A DNA stretch of 27,953 bases from Candidatus Wildermuthbacteria bacterium RIFCSPHIGHO2_12_FULL_40_12. Its GTDB lineage: Bacteria; Patescibacteriota; Minisyncoccia; Minisyncoccales; 2-12-FULL-40-12. The stretch spans positions 2,106-30,058 of the forward strand of contig MHUC01000015.1 in the NCBI GenBank assembly GCA_001823315.1. Direction: 5' to 3'. Both the position numbers and the translations under genes were made by a program. Below, piece after piece: positions 1 to 8,806 of this stretch. The notes beneath the pieces were generated by a model that saw nothing but the letters and a program-made list of their open reading frames with translations, ran no database searches and was not told the origin of the DNA. Position 1 is the stretch's first letter. Each line of letters starts with the position of its first letter.

Positions 1-132
1 GGAAAAAGCCGGCGAGCCAGAGTAAAATTCAGAACCGCCAATGACAAGGAGCAGACCATAGTCATATTTTTTAGCGTCTATAGGCCTTTTTTGATAAATA
101 TTTTTGAGAATTTCTTTGCTGGTTTTTGTCAT
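1..132 (-). CDS. nnrD: NAD(P)H-hydrate dehydratase (YjeF C-terminal family), 5' part only; runs off the window start
   Basis: Not in the ORF track. Manual translation from ATG 132 gives MTKTSKEILKNIYQKRPIDAKKYDYGLLLVIGGSEFYSGSP, matching the K-x-x-x-G-x-x-L-V-I-G-G-S-x-x-Y-x-G-x-P N-terminal motif. ATGA overlap with the galU stop. Confidence 0.85.
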   Translation of the reverse strand, partial: MTKTSKEILKNIYQKRPIDAKKYDYGLLLVIGGSEFYSGSPAFS

Positions 133-1034
133 AATATTTCTTGCAGAAAGCTTTTTATTTCTGGGCCATACTGCGGGTGCTTTAACGAAAAATAGAAATG
201 CGATTTTAACCAATCCAATTTATTGCCGCATTCCAGCCATCTGCCGTCAAACTCACAGCCATAAATTATTTTATCATCTTTTATCATTTGATCAAAAGCG
301 CCAGCCAATTTTATTTCCCCGGATTTATCAGGCGCCACTGTTTTAAGGTAGCTAAAAACTTCCGGGGTCAAAATATATTTCCCCACAACTGCCAGGTCTG
401 ACGGTGCTTCGTCAATGGCTGGTTTTTCAATTATTCCTTTAACCTTAAAAAGGCGGTTGGCGATTTTTTCAACATCCACTACGCCATAAGACGGCAATTT
501 CTCCTTGGGAAGATGAGATAAAGCCATCACCGGTTTGCCGCCGGTTTTGAAAACATTGAATAATTGCGAAATACAAGGAATTTTAGCGTCAACTATGTCG
601 TCGCCGAATAAAACGGCGCAGGGCTCATTCCCTATCGCCTTGGCGGCTTGTAAAACAGCGTCTCCATCACCCAAAGGTTTCTTTTGAAAAAGGCAGGAAA
701 AAACAAGACCCTCTAAGGATTCTTGAAATTTTTTCAGAGAATCTAAAATACTGTCTTTTTTTCTTTCCTTTAATATCTTTTCTATCTTGGAAGCGCGGGC
801 GATTCTCTTTTGTCGCGGCAACACGCCCAGATAATCCATAATAATTTTTTTATCAGGCGACATTACCAAGATAACTTCTTGAATGCCGGCTAATTTTATT
901 TCTTCAATGATGTATTGCAAAGCGGGAACGTCAGCCAACGGCCAAAGCTCTTTTGGCAAAACCAAAGACAATGGCAAAAATCTTGTGCCTAATCCGGCTA
1001 TAGGCAAAATCGCTTTTTTAATTTCGTTTTCCAT
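129..1034 (-). CDS. galU: UTP--glucose-1-phosphate uridylyltransferase
   Basis: KAILPIAGLGTRFLP, PKELWP, QKKPLGDGDAV, VLFGDD, IIEKP and VVGKYIL motifs. Confidence 0.9.
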   Translation of the reverse strand: MENEIKKAILPIAGLGTRFLPLSLVLPKELWPLADVPALQYIIEEIKLAGIQEVILVMSPDKKIIMDYLGVLPRQKRIARASKIEKILKERKKDSILDSLKKFQESLEGLVFSCLFQKKPLGDGDAVLQAAKAIGNEPCAVLFGDDIVDAKIPCISQLFNVFKTGGKPVMALSHLPKEKLPSYGVVDVEKIANRLFKVKGIIEKPAIDEAPSDLAVVGKYILTPEVFSYLKTVAPDKSGEIKLAGAFDQMIKDDKIIYGCEFDGRWLECGNKLDWLKSHFYFSLKHPQYGPEIKSFLQEIL

Positions 1035-1036
1035 AT

Positions 1037-2560
1037 TTATTCTTGGTTACCGTTCTTTCTTCTTAAGAAAGCCGGCATCTCCCACCTATTCTCTTGGGAA
1101 ATAATTTCTTTTTCCTCTTCCTCAATCTTTTTTTTCACTTCCAACGCGTTGCGCCTAACTTTTATTGCGATTCTCTCTTGCTCTGGTTGGGGCGCCGAGG
1201 TCGCGTCAAAATTCTGCCGAATAGTCGCTTCTGCTGCTGGAACAATCTTCCTTGGGGCTTTTTTGTTTCCAATTTTCTTCGCCGCTGATTTTCGCTTCTT
1301 TACCGTCTTTGACGGACTGGCTCCGGTCCCTCCCGATTGCGTTATTTTAGCGCCACCATCTGCTTTTTTCTTTCTGGTGATTTTTTTTCTTGTCCTTTTC
1401 TGTTTTTCAGCAAAAACCCTTTGTCCGCACCCCGTTGCCAACAAAGTCACTTTAATTCTCTTTTCTTTTTGGCCAGCCCCGCTGTCTCTGTTTTGAGAAA
1501 TACCCAGAATGATTTTTGCTTGCCTGTTGACGGCGGCTGAAACGATTTTGGATATTTGAGAAATCTCCGCCAGCCCCAAGTCCTTGCCGCCGACTACATT
1601 AAACAGGATACCTTTTGCTCCTTTGATCGTGTAATCATACAAAGGAAAATGCAAAATCTGTTTTGCCAATTCTTCGTTCTTGTCAGTGCTTGCGATCTCC
1701 GTGGCGCTTAAATAGGTTAATCTGCCCCTACCCTCAAAAACCGTTTTCAAATCCGCAAAATCAATGTTTATTAGTCCGGGATCATAAATTGTTTCCAATA
1801 GAGATTCTAAACTATCAGCCAAATGTTTATTTACCGCCGAAAGGGCGGTTTTTAGAGGAGTGTTTCTGTCAACTATTTGGAAAATTCTATCGTTAGGAAT
1901 GATGGAAATGGCGTTCAAATGCGGCTTTAATTTCTGCAACGATTCCATTGCCGCTTGCGTTTTTCTCTCTCCTTCAAACTTGAACGGCAAAGTAAAAATG
2001 CCGTAGCTAATGTTGCCTAAATTTCTCGCTATTTTGGAAAATATGGGAACCGCGCCAGAGCCGGTGCCGCCGCCTAAGCATGCTACGAAAATACAAAGAT
2101 CTTGTCCGATGAGCAATTTTTTAATCTTTTCTTTTTCGTTTTGAGAAGCCAATTCAGCGATATCACCCTTCATACCCGTGCCAAGACCGCGAGTCATATT
2201 TTGACCAAACTGAAAACGTATGACTTTTCGGCTTACTGATTTCAACGCCTGACTATCGGTATTAGCCGCAACAAATGTGGCTTTCTGGATTTTAGAAGCT
2301 AACTCCGACACAATCGACCCTCCGCCGCCGCCAATCCCAATCACCCTTACTTTGGTCTTTTTAACATCGCTAATGGCTTGTTTTTTCGCTTGTTCGGCGA
2401 TACGCATAGGCAATTCTTCCACGAATAAAGATTTTTTCTTTGTCTCGGTTATGAATTTATTAATCTTTTTTGTTCTCCCCGCTCTAAAAATCTTGCTCGC
2501 CGCTTGACGGATGGTTTTCCTCATGATTTTTTTTAATGATTTTGCTTTTTTCTTAGGCAT
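1037..2560 (-). CDS. ftsZ: Cell division protein FtsZ, divergent, with Lys-rich N-terminal extension and linker
   Basis: VIGIGGGGG, NTDSQAL, GGGTGSG tubulin signature, PFKFEG, GLINIDFADLK T7 loop, C-terminal WEMPAFLRRK core. Confidence 0.93.
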   Translation of the reverse strand: MPKKKAKSLKKIMRKTIRQAASKIFRAGRTKKINKFITETKKKSLFVEELPMRIAEQAKKQAISDVKKTKVRVIGIGGGGGSIVSELASKIQKATFVAANTDSQALKSVSRKVIRFQFGQNMTRGLGTGMKGDIAELASQNEKEKIKKLLIGQDLCIFVACLGGGTGSGAVPIFSKIARNLGNISYGIFTLPFKFEGERKTQAAMESLQKLKPHLNAISIIPNDRIFQIVDRNTPLKTALSAVNKHLADSLESLLETIYDPGLINIDFADLKTVFEGRGRLTYLSATEIASTDKNEELAKQILHFPLYDYTIKGAKGILFNVVGGKDLGLAEISQISKIVSAAVNRQAKIILGISQNRDSGAGQKEKRIKVTLLATGCGQRVFAEKQKRTRKKITRKKKADGGAKITQSGGTGASPSKTVKKRKSAAKKIGNKKAPRKIVPAAEATIRQNFDATSAPQPEQERIAIKVRRNALEVKKKIEEEEKEIISQENRWEMPAFLRRKNGNQE

Positions 2561-2655
2561 TTATTTTAGAAAGTTAACTGTTTTGTATAAAAAAGATAGC
2601 CCAAGGCAAAAACCGCAAATACTATCATCGCAACAATAATTAATCTAAACATAGT

Positions 2656-3363
2656 TTACTCTGAAATATCAAAAGTTTTGTTGTTGGAATTATTTTTAAC
2701 AAGAACAACTGCTTCCTCCGGGGTATCCACGAGCTTGAAAATATCAAGCGCTTTCGCGTTTATTGTTTTGTGCGTTCCCGCGAGACCGCTTCTTATCCAA
2801 TCAAACAGGGGTTGCCAATAATCCTTGCCCACCGCAACCACCAAAACATTATTGGGCAATCTTTTTGTCTGAATCAGCGTTACTATTTCAAAAAATTCAT
2901 CCAGCGTGCCAAAACCGCCCGGAAAAAACACATACCCGGATGAGGCAAAAGACAACATTACCTTTCTTACAAAAAAATAATAAAACCCTATCGATTTTTT
3001 AAGATAGGGGTTAGCCCTTTCTCCCTCTACAAGCCGGATATTAATTCCCACCGATTCGCCGCCGGCTTCATATGCTCCCCTGTTAGCGGCTTCCATAATG
3101 CCAGGCCCGCCGCCGGTAACAACCATGTATCCCTCTTTAGCCATCAGTTCTCCGAACTGACGCGCCTTTTGATAATGAGGACTATTTTCTTTTAAAACGG
3201 TTGAACCGAATACGGTAACCGATTTTTTGAAATCGGCGACAAAGTTAAACCCCTCAACGAATTCCGCCATAATGCGGAAAATCCTCCATTGAAAAGTCTT
3301 TCTAAAATCTTCTTTCTCTGGCGGCAGTTCGGCGTCTGCCAAGCTGGAAATCTGTTTCCTCAT
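2656..3363 (-). CDS. LOG family nucleotide phosphoribohydrolase (TIGR00730-like)
   Basis: VTGGGPGIMEAANRGA, RKVML and PGGFGTLDE motifs. Confidence 0.92.
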   Translation of the reverse strand: MRKQISSLADAELPPEKEDFRKTFQWRIFRIMAEFVEGFNFVADFKKSVTVFGSTVLKENSPHYQKARQFGELMAKEGYMVVTGGGPGIMEAANRGAYEAGGESVGINIRLVEGERANPYLKKSIGFYYFFVRKVMLSFASSGYVFFPGGFGTLDEFFEIVTLIQTKRLPNNVLVVAVGKDYWQPLFDWIRSGLAGTHKTINAKALDIFKLVDTPEEAVVLVKNNSNNKTFDISE

Positions 3364-3370
3364 ATATGAA

Positions 3371-3399
3371 ATTTTACCAAAGAATCTGTCTTACTGCAA
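3371..3399 (-). promoter_or_regulatory. Putative sigma70 promoter for the LOG gene
   Basis: TTGCAG-17 nt-TAAAAT; the -10 box ends 7 nt before the ATG. Confidence 0.55.
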
Positions 3400-3406
3400 A
3401 CGATTA

Positions 3407-4093
3407 TTAAGCCAAGTATTGTTTTCTCTTTGACTCTGGAAATTTTTCGATGGCGTATCTTAGCATTGTTCTTGGCATAGCTTTATAATGTCGTCTCAAA
3501 AATTTTTCCTCTGCGCCAAAATCTCTCTTGCCAACTTCTCTTAGCATCCACCCTGCCGCCTTATGGATTAAATCGTGCTTATCTTGCAGGAGAATTCGCG
3601 CAATTTTAAAAGCGTCCTGGAATTGATTGTTTTTGATAAAATAAAAAGTGGCTATCATTGCCACCCTTCTCGCCCAAACATTTTTTGACCTTGCCAGCTT
3701 ATATAAATCTTGCTTCGGCCTGTTTATTAAATGCCTCCCCGCTATCTTATCTGCCGAAAGATCAACCAAATCCCAATTGTTAACATACTTCAAATTCCTC
3801 AAATATGCTTTATAAATCTTGTCTTCTTCCTGATTAAATTTTTCCAACATTATCAGCAAAGCCGCCAATCTTTCCTCGTGGATTTTTGATCTCAATAAAA
3901 CCAATACCTCTTTCAATTTTAACCCCAAATGCCTTCTTGCGATTCTTCTCGCGTCGGGAACAGTAACGCCAAGAAAGATATCGCCTTCTGCGTATTCTCC
4001 AGGGCCGGTTTTAAAAAATCTCTGCAAAACTATCGCCTTCTTTTTGCTGGCAAACAACCTCAATTCTCGTCTCAACGAGCCAAAATCACCCAT
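3407..4093 (-). CDS. DNA alkylation repair protein (AlkD-like HEAT-repeat family)
   Basis: FFKTGPGEYAEGDIFLGV, NNWDLVD, LIHKAAGWMLREVGK and PRTMLRYAIE motifs. Confidence 0.88.
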   Translation of the reverse strand: MGDFGSLRRELRLFASKKKAIVLQRFFKTGPGEYAEGDIFLGVTVPDARRIARRHLGLKLKEVLVLLRSKIHEERLAALLIMLEKFNQEEDKIYKAYLRNLKYVNNWDLVDLSADKIAGRHLINRPKQDLYKLARSKNVWARRVAMIATFYFIKNNQFQDAFKIARILLQDKHDLIHKAAGWMLREVGKRDFGAEEKFLRRHYKAMPRTMLRYAIEKFPESKRKQYLA

Positions 4094-4109
4094 AGCTTAA
4101 TTGGCATAA

Positions 4110-4565
4110 TCATTTAACGGCGATAACTTTATATTGCTTCTTGCCTCCGGGCGTATTGATTTCCACAATATCCCCTCTTTTTTTATCCAATAACGCTGAC
4201 CCCAATGGCGACTGAAAGGAAATTTTGTTATTCAAGACGTCTGCTTCTTCCGGCCCTACCACTCGAAACTCTTCTCTTCCGTCTTTAGAAAACAAAGCGG
4301 CGATTGAACCAATTTCAATCCTGCCATTTGATTTTTTGTCAACAATAAGCTTGGCTTGGACGATAATATTTTTCAAATCCCTTATCTTTCCTTCAATAAA
4401 TCCTTGCTCCTCTTTGGCGGCGTCATAAGCGGCATTTTCGCTTAAATCCCCTTGGGATACGGCTTGCTTCAACTTTTCCGAAACCTCTTTCCTTTTGGTT
4501 TTTTCCAAATGCCCAAGTTCTTCTTTCAATTTCGCCAATCCCTCTTGTGTTAGGTATTTTGTCAT
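4110..4565 (-). CDS. greA: Transcription elongation factor GreA
   Basis: Start reassigned to MTKYLTQEG (ATGA overlap with the ybaB stop); GDLSENAAYDAAK and ISFQSPLGSALL motifs. Confidence 0.95.
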   Translation of the reverse strand: MTKYLTQEGLAKLKEELGHLEKTKRKEVSEKLKQAVSQGDLSENAAYDAAKEEQGFIEGKIRDLKNIIVQAKLIVDKKSNGRIEIGSIAALFSKDGREEFRVVGPEEADVLNNKISFQSPLGSALLDKKRGDIVEINTPGGKKQYKVIAVK

Positions 4566-4816
4566 ATTCCTATTCCCGAAGAGAACATCTTGCCGGCAAG
4601 ATCTCGCTGGACTTGCAAAAAAGCGCTGTTGATGCATTTTTTAAGCGCTTCTGCTTGTCTCGCAGAATCCAAATCGGGATTTAATATAATTTCTTCAATT
4701 TCCATTCTGCCATTTACCACAACTCGAACTCCTTCCATTACGACTTCTTTTTTCTCTTTCGCCAGAGAATCCTGAATATTTTTTAATTTGGCTAATTGTT
4801 TTAATTGATCAAACAT
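4562..4816 (-). CDS. YbaB/EbfC family nucleoid-associated protein
   Basis: Small size; VRVVVNG, I-x-L-N-P and CINSA pattern typical of YbaB/EbfC. Confidence 0.75.
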   Translation of the reverse strand: MFDQLKQLAKLKNIQDSLAKEKKEVVMEGVRVVVNGRMEIEEIILNPDLDSARQAEALKKCINSAFLQVQRDLAGKMFSSGIGI

Positions 4817-4908
4817 CCATTTAATAAATTTGTAAATTAATAAGCTTGTGAATTTTCAAGACAAACCATGAGAATGATTTGTTTTTAGCTTTTTAAATTT
4901 TTATACAT

Positions 4909-5397
4909 CTAATATTCTATACTGACCTGGCTGTCAACCGCAAGCCCTATTTCTTTTGACTTGCCGCTATTTAATTCCAAAACATATTTTGCCTCGGTTC
5001 CAGGATTAATGGAAGGGCAATCAGCGTCTTTACAGGACTGGACGCTCTCTTTTATAAAAACGACTTTCTTTTCACCATTGATCCAAATTATATCCAACGG
5101 GATAAAAGTATTTTTCATCCAGAAATTATAATTTCCTTCCTTCTCAAACACGAACAGCATTCCCTGGTCTTCTCCCAATGATTCCCGAAGCATCAAACCC
5201 CGACTCCTCTGTTGATCACTAACGGCCAATTCCACCTGAAAACAATTTTCCTCAAAACACACCTTACCCACTTTTTGATCGTTGTCTTTAAGTATCATAA
5301 AACTATATTTATCAATGATATATATTCCTCTAAATAACAAAAACAATAATATCAATAGTAAAACAATTTCGGTTATTAATGTCTTCGTATTGCTCAT
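4909..5397 (-). CDS. DUF192 family protein with N-terminal membrane anchor
   Basis: RGLMLR, GMLFVF, FWMKNTFIPLDIIW and YVLELNSG motifs; start moved to MSNTK. Confidence 0.88.
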   Translation of the reverse strand: MSNTKTLITEIVLLLILLFLLFRGIYIIDKYSFMILKDNDQKVGKVCFEENCFQVELAVSDQQRSRGLMLRESLGEDQGMLFVFEKEGNYNFWMKNTFIPLDIIWINGEKKVVFIKESVQSCKDADCPSINPGTEAKYVLELNSGKSKEIGLAVDSQVSIEY

Positions 5398-5512
5398 ATC
5401 TTGTTTTACCGCGTCCGTCCGTAACCCGCAAGAGCAAACTCCGCACATTAACAGGGTATACGTGGGACAACCCGCTTATCTAAAAATCATTACGGATTTA
5501 TTAAAAAGAAAA

Positions 5513-5532
5513 GCTCTGTCCTAAGACAGAGC
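5513..5532 (-). terminator. Intrinsic terminator
   Basis: GCTCTGTC-TTAG-GACAGAGC hairpin followed by a T-rich tract on the minus strand, just after the 5556 stop. Confidence 0.75.
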
Positions 5533-5555
5533 GCGTGTTTTTCGAATCAGAGGAT

Positions 5556-6503
5556 TCAATGCTCGGGAACTGGAAATTTGTGATAAAAAGATCCTACCCA
5601 CAAGGAACCGTGGAAAGAAGCAAATAATTGCCAGAATTTATTCTGGGTCGAATTAACAGCATTCTCTATTTTCTTGCTATCGAACATAGGCAATGGTCTC
5701 GCAACGAAATATAACGTAAAACCGATGGAACCACCGGCTATCATGCCGATGACAGGAGATTCATAGGCAATACCCGCGATGGCTCCGATAGCGGATCCTA
5801 AAAAAGTTATCGCTCTCAAATCCGAAGCTGCTATTTTGATCGGCTGATAAACAATCATGCCTATGCCCATAGCGATAAGAGTAGCGCAATAAGACAAGAA
5901 AATAACGATCAACGAGAGTATGGAAGTTACGCCTAAAAACGCAAGTAGGACTAAAACATAGAAAGTCATTCTCGCATAGAATAAACCTGCTTTTAGAAAA
6001 TTCGGCAAGGTCAACAGTATGCTGTTGACCCGATGCTCTAATCTTCTTTCTATGTCTAGTGGAAAATGCGAGTCAATTATCATCCCAGTAATTAGCACCA
6101 TTATGGCAAAAGCGCCGGCGCCTGATAATGAAAGAATAAGCCACGCAAAACCGATATGGCTCACTCCTGCTATGTCCGCCAGTACCGAACCAGCAACAAT
6201 CAGCAGCACTATCGCGCTTCCAACGCCTAGTCCCAGTTTGTCGGTTGCAACAACGATTGGTTGCCGCTCCGAACAAAGTTCAGTTTTTCCTCGCTGGGTG
6301 ATTTCCGATACGATTCTTGCTATGTTCTTGATTAAACACGACACAGCTTTTACATCGTAAACGATGCATCCGCAAAATCCGCCGACAAAAGCCCCTACGA
6401 TAAAGGCAGGCGCTGATACGGGGAACAACAACAACCCCGTGTACGCCCCGAGCCAACCGCCAAAAGCGCAGGAAAGAGTTACTCTCAAATGTTCTCGACG
6501 CAT
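5556..6503 (-). CDS. Hypothetical multi-pass membrane protein with glycine-zipper-like segments
   Basis: 315-aa ORF with an AAGGAG SD, several hydrophobic helices and GxxxG repeats near both ends. Confidence 0.7.
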   Translation of the reverse strand: MRREHLRVTLSCAFGGWLGAYTGLLLFPVSAPAFIVGAFVGGFCGCIVYDVKAVSCLIKNIARIVSEITQRGKTELCSERQPIVVATDKLGLGVGSAIVLLIVAGSVLADIAGVSHIGFAWLILSLSGAGAFAIMVLITGMIIDSHFPLDIERRLEHRVNSILLTLPNFLKAGLFYARMTFYVLVLLAFLGVTSILSLIVIFLSYCATLIAMGIGMIVYQPIKIAASDLRAITFLGSAIGAIAGIAYESPVIGMIAGGSIGFTLYFVARPLPMFDSKKIENAVNSTQNKFWQLFASFHGSLWVGSFYHKFPVPEH

Positions 6504-6562
6504 TTCTATCTCCTTTGGTTCCTCTGATTATTTTTTTTTGAAATTGTTAGAGGGCTAAACCT

Positions 6563-6591
6563 TACATAGCATATAGGTATTCTATTGTCAA
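6563..6591 (-). promoter_or_regulatory. Putative sigma70 promoter
   Basis: TTGACA-17 nt-TATGTA (perfect -35, weak -10). Confidence 0.4.
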
Positions 6592-6644
6592 GATTTTTCG
6601 GCTGACGCGTAGGAACAAAAACAATTTTTATAACTTTCCCTTTT

Positions 6645-7793
6645 TTATTTTTTCCCGGATTTTTTCGACAAAAGTATTAAAAAATAAAGATTGTGAAAAG
6701 TTAAAAGTTTTAAAGCGGTAATTTCTTTCGCCCGAAATAAATGGGTTATATAGTTTATTTTGTATTCTTGGCAAACAAAACAGCCGCAATTTTTATCCAA
6801 CGGATTTTTGTTATTTAGAAATGATTTTTTGGACAGATCTATTTTCACGGGATTTTTTAAATTAATAAAAGCCATTCCCCTTCTTGCGTAATGAGTAGGA
6901 ATCGTACAGTCAAACGAATCAATTCCCTGCTTGATAACGCTTTCCATGTCTTTTAAGTAACCGATGCCAAGCAAGTGCCTCGGTTTTTCATCTGGTAATT
7001 CTTTTACGGTTTGATGCAGCATTGCCACCATCTGTTTTTTATCGGAGCCGAACTCTCCGCCAATTCCAAAGCCGTCAAAATCCAAAGAAGCAATAAACTT
7101 CGCGCTCTCCATTCTTAAATCCTTATATCTTCCGCCTTGAACAATGCCAAATAGAGTTTGCCGGGATTTTTTTACTTTCAAGCAAATCTTCGCCCATTCG
7201 TGTGTTTTTAAAAGAGAACCTTTAACGTATTTATAATCGGCTGATGGTGGCGGGCACTCGTCAAAAGAAAAAATAATATCAGCCCCTAAATCCTCCTGAA
7301 TTTTTATTGACTCTTTGGGCCCTAAAAATAATTTTCTGCCATCAACCGGAGAATTAAAGTAAACGCCGTCCTTGGTTATTTTCACTTCTTTCGGCTGGTT
7401 TCCCGATCGTATTGATTCATCCGCGTCTATTAATTTGATATTCGCATTATGAGCGTTTAAAATTTTGCCCGTTCCCAAATCCTTTCCGAATCCCAAGCTA
7501 AACACCTGGAAACCGCCCGAATCCGTCATTAATGGTCTTTGCCAATTCATAAATTTATGCAGTCCTCCAGATTTTTTCACGATATTTTCACCGGGCTTTA
7601 AATGCAAATGAAAGGTGTTGGCGATTAAAATCTGGCACTTGGCTTGCTCGGCCTCCTCGCTGGTCAAGGTCTTGACAACAGCTTGCGTTGCAACCGGGAC
7701 AAAACACGGCGTTTCCACAACGCCATTTTGCGTTTTTAACAATCCTAATCTGGCGCGGCTTCTTTTCGATTTTTTAATAATTTTGAATTCCAT
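6645..7793 (-). CDS. tgt: tRNA-guanine transglycosylase (queuine tRNA-ribosyltransferase)
   Basis: TDSGGFQV, FDEC, FGIVQGG, RHLLGIG, FDC and the CxCxxC...H Zn site. Start MEFKII overlaps the CAP gene stop (TAATG). The C-terminus is probably frameshifted; the restored stop is at 6628. Confidence 0.95.
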   Translation of the reverse strand: MEFKIIKKSKRSRARLGLLKTQNGVVETPCFVPVATQAVVKTLTSEEAEQAKCQILIANTFHLHLKPGENIVKKSGGLHKFMNWQRPLMTDSGGFQVFSLGFGKDLGTGKILNAHNANIKLIDADESIRSGNQPKEVKITKDGVYFNSPVDGRKLFLGPKESIKIQEDLGADIIFSFDECPPPSADYKYVKGSLLKTHEWAKICLKVKKSRQTLFGIVQGGRYKDLRMESAKFIASLDFDGFGIGGEFGSDKKQMVAMLHQTVKELPDEKPRHLLGIGYLKDMESVIKQGIDSFDCTIPTHYARRGMAFINLKNPVKIDLSKKSFLNNKNPLDKNCGCFVCQEYKINYITHLFRAKEITALKLLTFHNLYFLILLSKKSGKK

Positions 7794-8662
7794 TATTCTC
7801 CAAGGTATCCAGCCACGCAACTATTGAATGAATTGACTTGGACGTTATAAGTACTGACCAACGCTTTATTCTCCTCCACTAACGCGTTGTACTGGACAAC
7901 TAACTGATTATATTCTTCTGCCTTCTGTTCGTATTCTTCTCTTTGATTCCTTTTTCCTTTCATCGCCTTGATTTCCGCTTCCATAACGGATAATTGTTCT
8001 GCTAAAGCTGAAACTTGCGCTTCTTTCTCCTCAACATTTGCCTGTAACGTTGTATCTATGCCGGGACAAACGGATGAAGGCAAACCAAAATGCTGAACCG
8101 CCAGCCAGGTGGTTTTTCCTTCAAACACGCCTTTGCCAACGGCGACTCCGATTTCCTGATAAACACCGCTTAATATATTTTTCCTGTGTCCCTCACTTGC
8201 CATCCATGCTTCAACCAGCGCTTCATCGTCTTTGAAATTACCCAGTGCTAAATTCTCGCCCACCGCCAGGAATTGGTAAGAAAAATCCGCCGCCAAATCG
8301 CCCGCCCCTTTTCCCGAAAGCGACTCATGGGCAAAATACTGGTTATCAAACATATCCTTGACCTTTGCTTGAGCCATTAAGTTGAGGGTGTGGTTTTCTT
8401 TCAATAAAACCATATTGTTTCTCTGTCTTTGTGCGTTAGTCCAAATCAATACGCCTTCTTTTGTTAAAAACGATTCCGGAGTTTCTCTTTTGGCTCTTAA
8501 TGGCGGAGGCGAAGAAATTTGCTTTCCCAATTCCTCTTCTTTTTCCGGAAAACCGAAATCCAATCGCGAAGAGAGTTTTACAATATCCTGCCAAAGGCGA
8601 AAACCAAGCACCAGTAACGCCGCAAACAGCAAAACAATGATGATTATTCTCAATATCTTCAT
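7793..8662 (-). CDS. CAP/SCP domain secreted or anchored protein with C-terminal coiled coil
   Basis: N-terminal TM helix; TNAQR, YFAHES, GENLA, WMASEGHRKNIL and QHFG motifs. Confidence 0.9.
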   Translation of the reverse strand: MKILRIIIIVLLFAALLVLGFRLWQDIVKLSSRLDFGFPEKEEELGKQISSPPPLRAKRETPESFLTKEGVLIWTNAQRQRNNMVLLKENHTLNLMAQAKVKDMFDNQYFAHESLSGKGAGDLAADFSYQFLAVGENLALGNFKDDEALVEAWMASEGHRKNILSGVYQEIGVAVGKGVFEGKTTWLAVQHFGLPSSVCPGIDTTLQANVEEKEAQVSALAEQLSVMEAEIKAMKGKRNQREEYEQKAEEYNQLVVQYNALVEENKALVSTYNVQVNSFNSCVAGYLGE

Positions 8663-8678
8663 ATATCTAACGCTATGT

Positions 8679-8727
8679 TTTCTACTTTCCACTTTCTACT
8701 TTCTGTTTTCTATTTTCTATTTTCCAG
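8679..8727. repeat. Seven tandem degenerate heptamers TTTCYRN
   Basis: TTTCTAC TTTCCAC TTTCTAC TTTCTGT TTTCTAT TTTCTAT TTTCCAG read directly. Confidence 0.85.
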
Positions 8728-8765
8728 TATATCATCTATAATTCAAGGCAACCAAAACAAAGAAA

Positions 8766-8790
8766 AAACCCCGCGATTTGCGCAGGGTTT
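8766..8790 (-). terminator. Intrinsic terminator
   Basis: AAACCCUGCG-CAAAU-CGCGGGGUUU stem (one G-U pair) followed by UUUCUUUG. Confidence 0.7.
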
Positions 8791-8806
8791 AAATTACACA
8801 TCTTCA

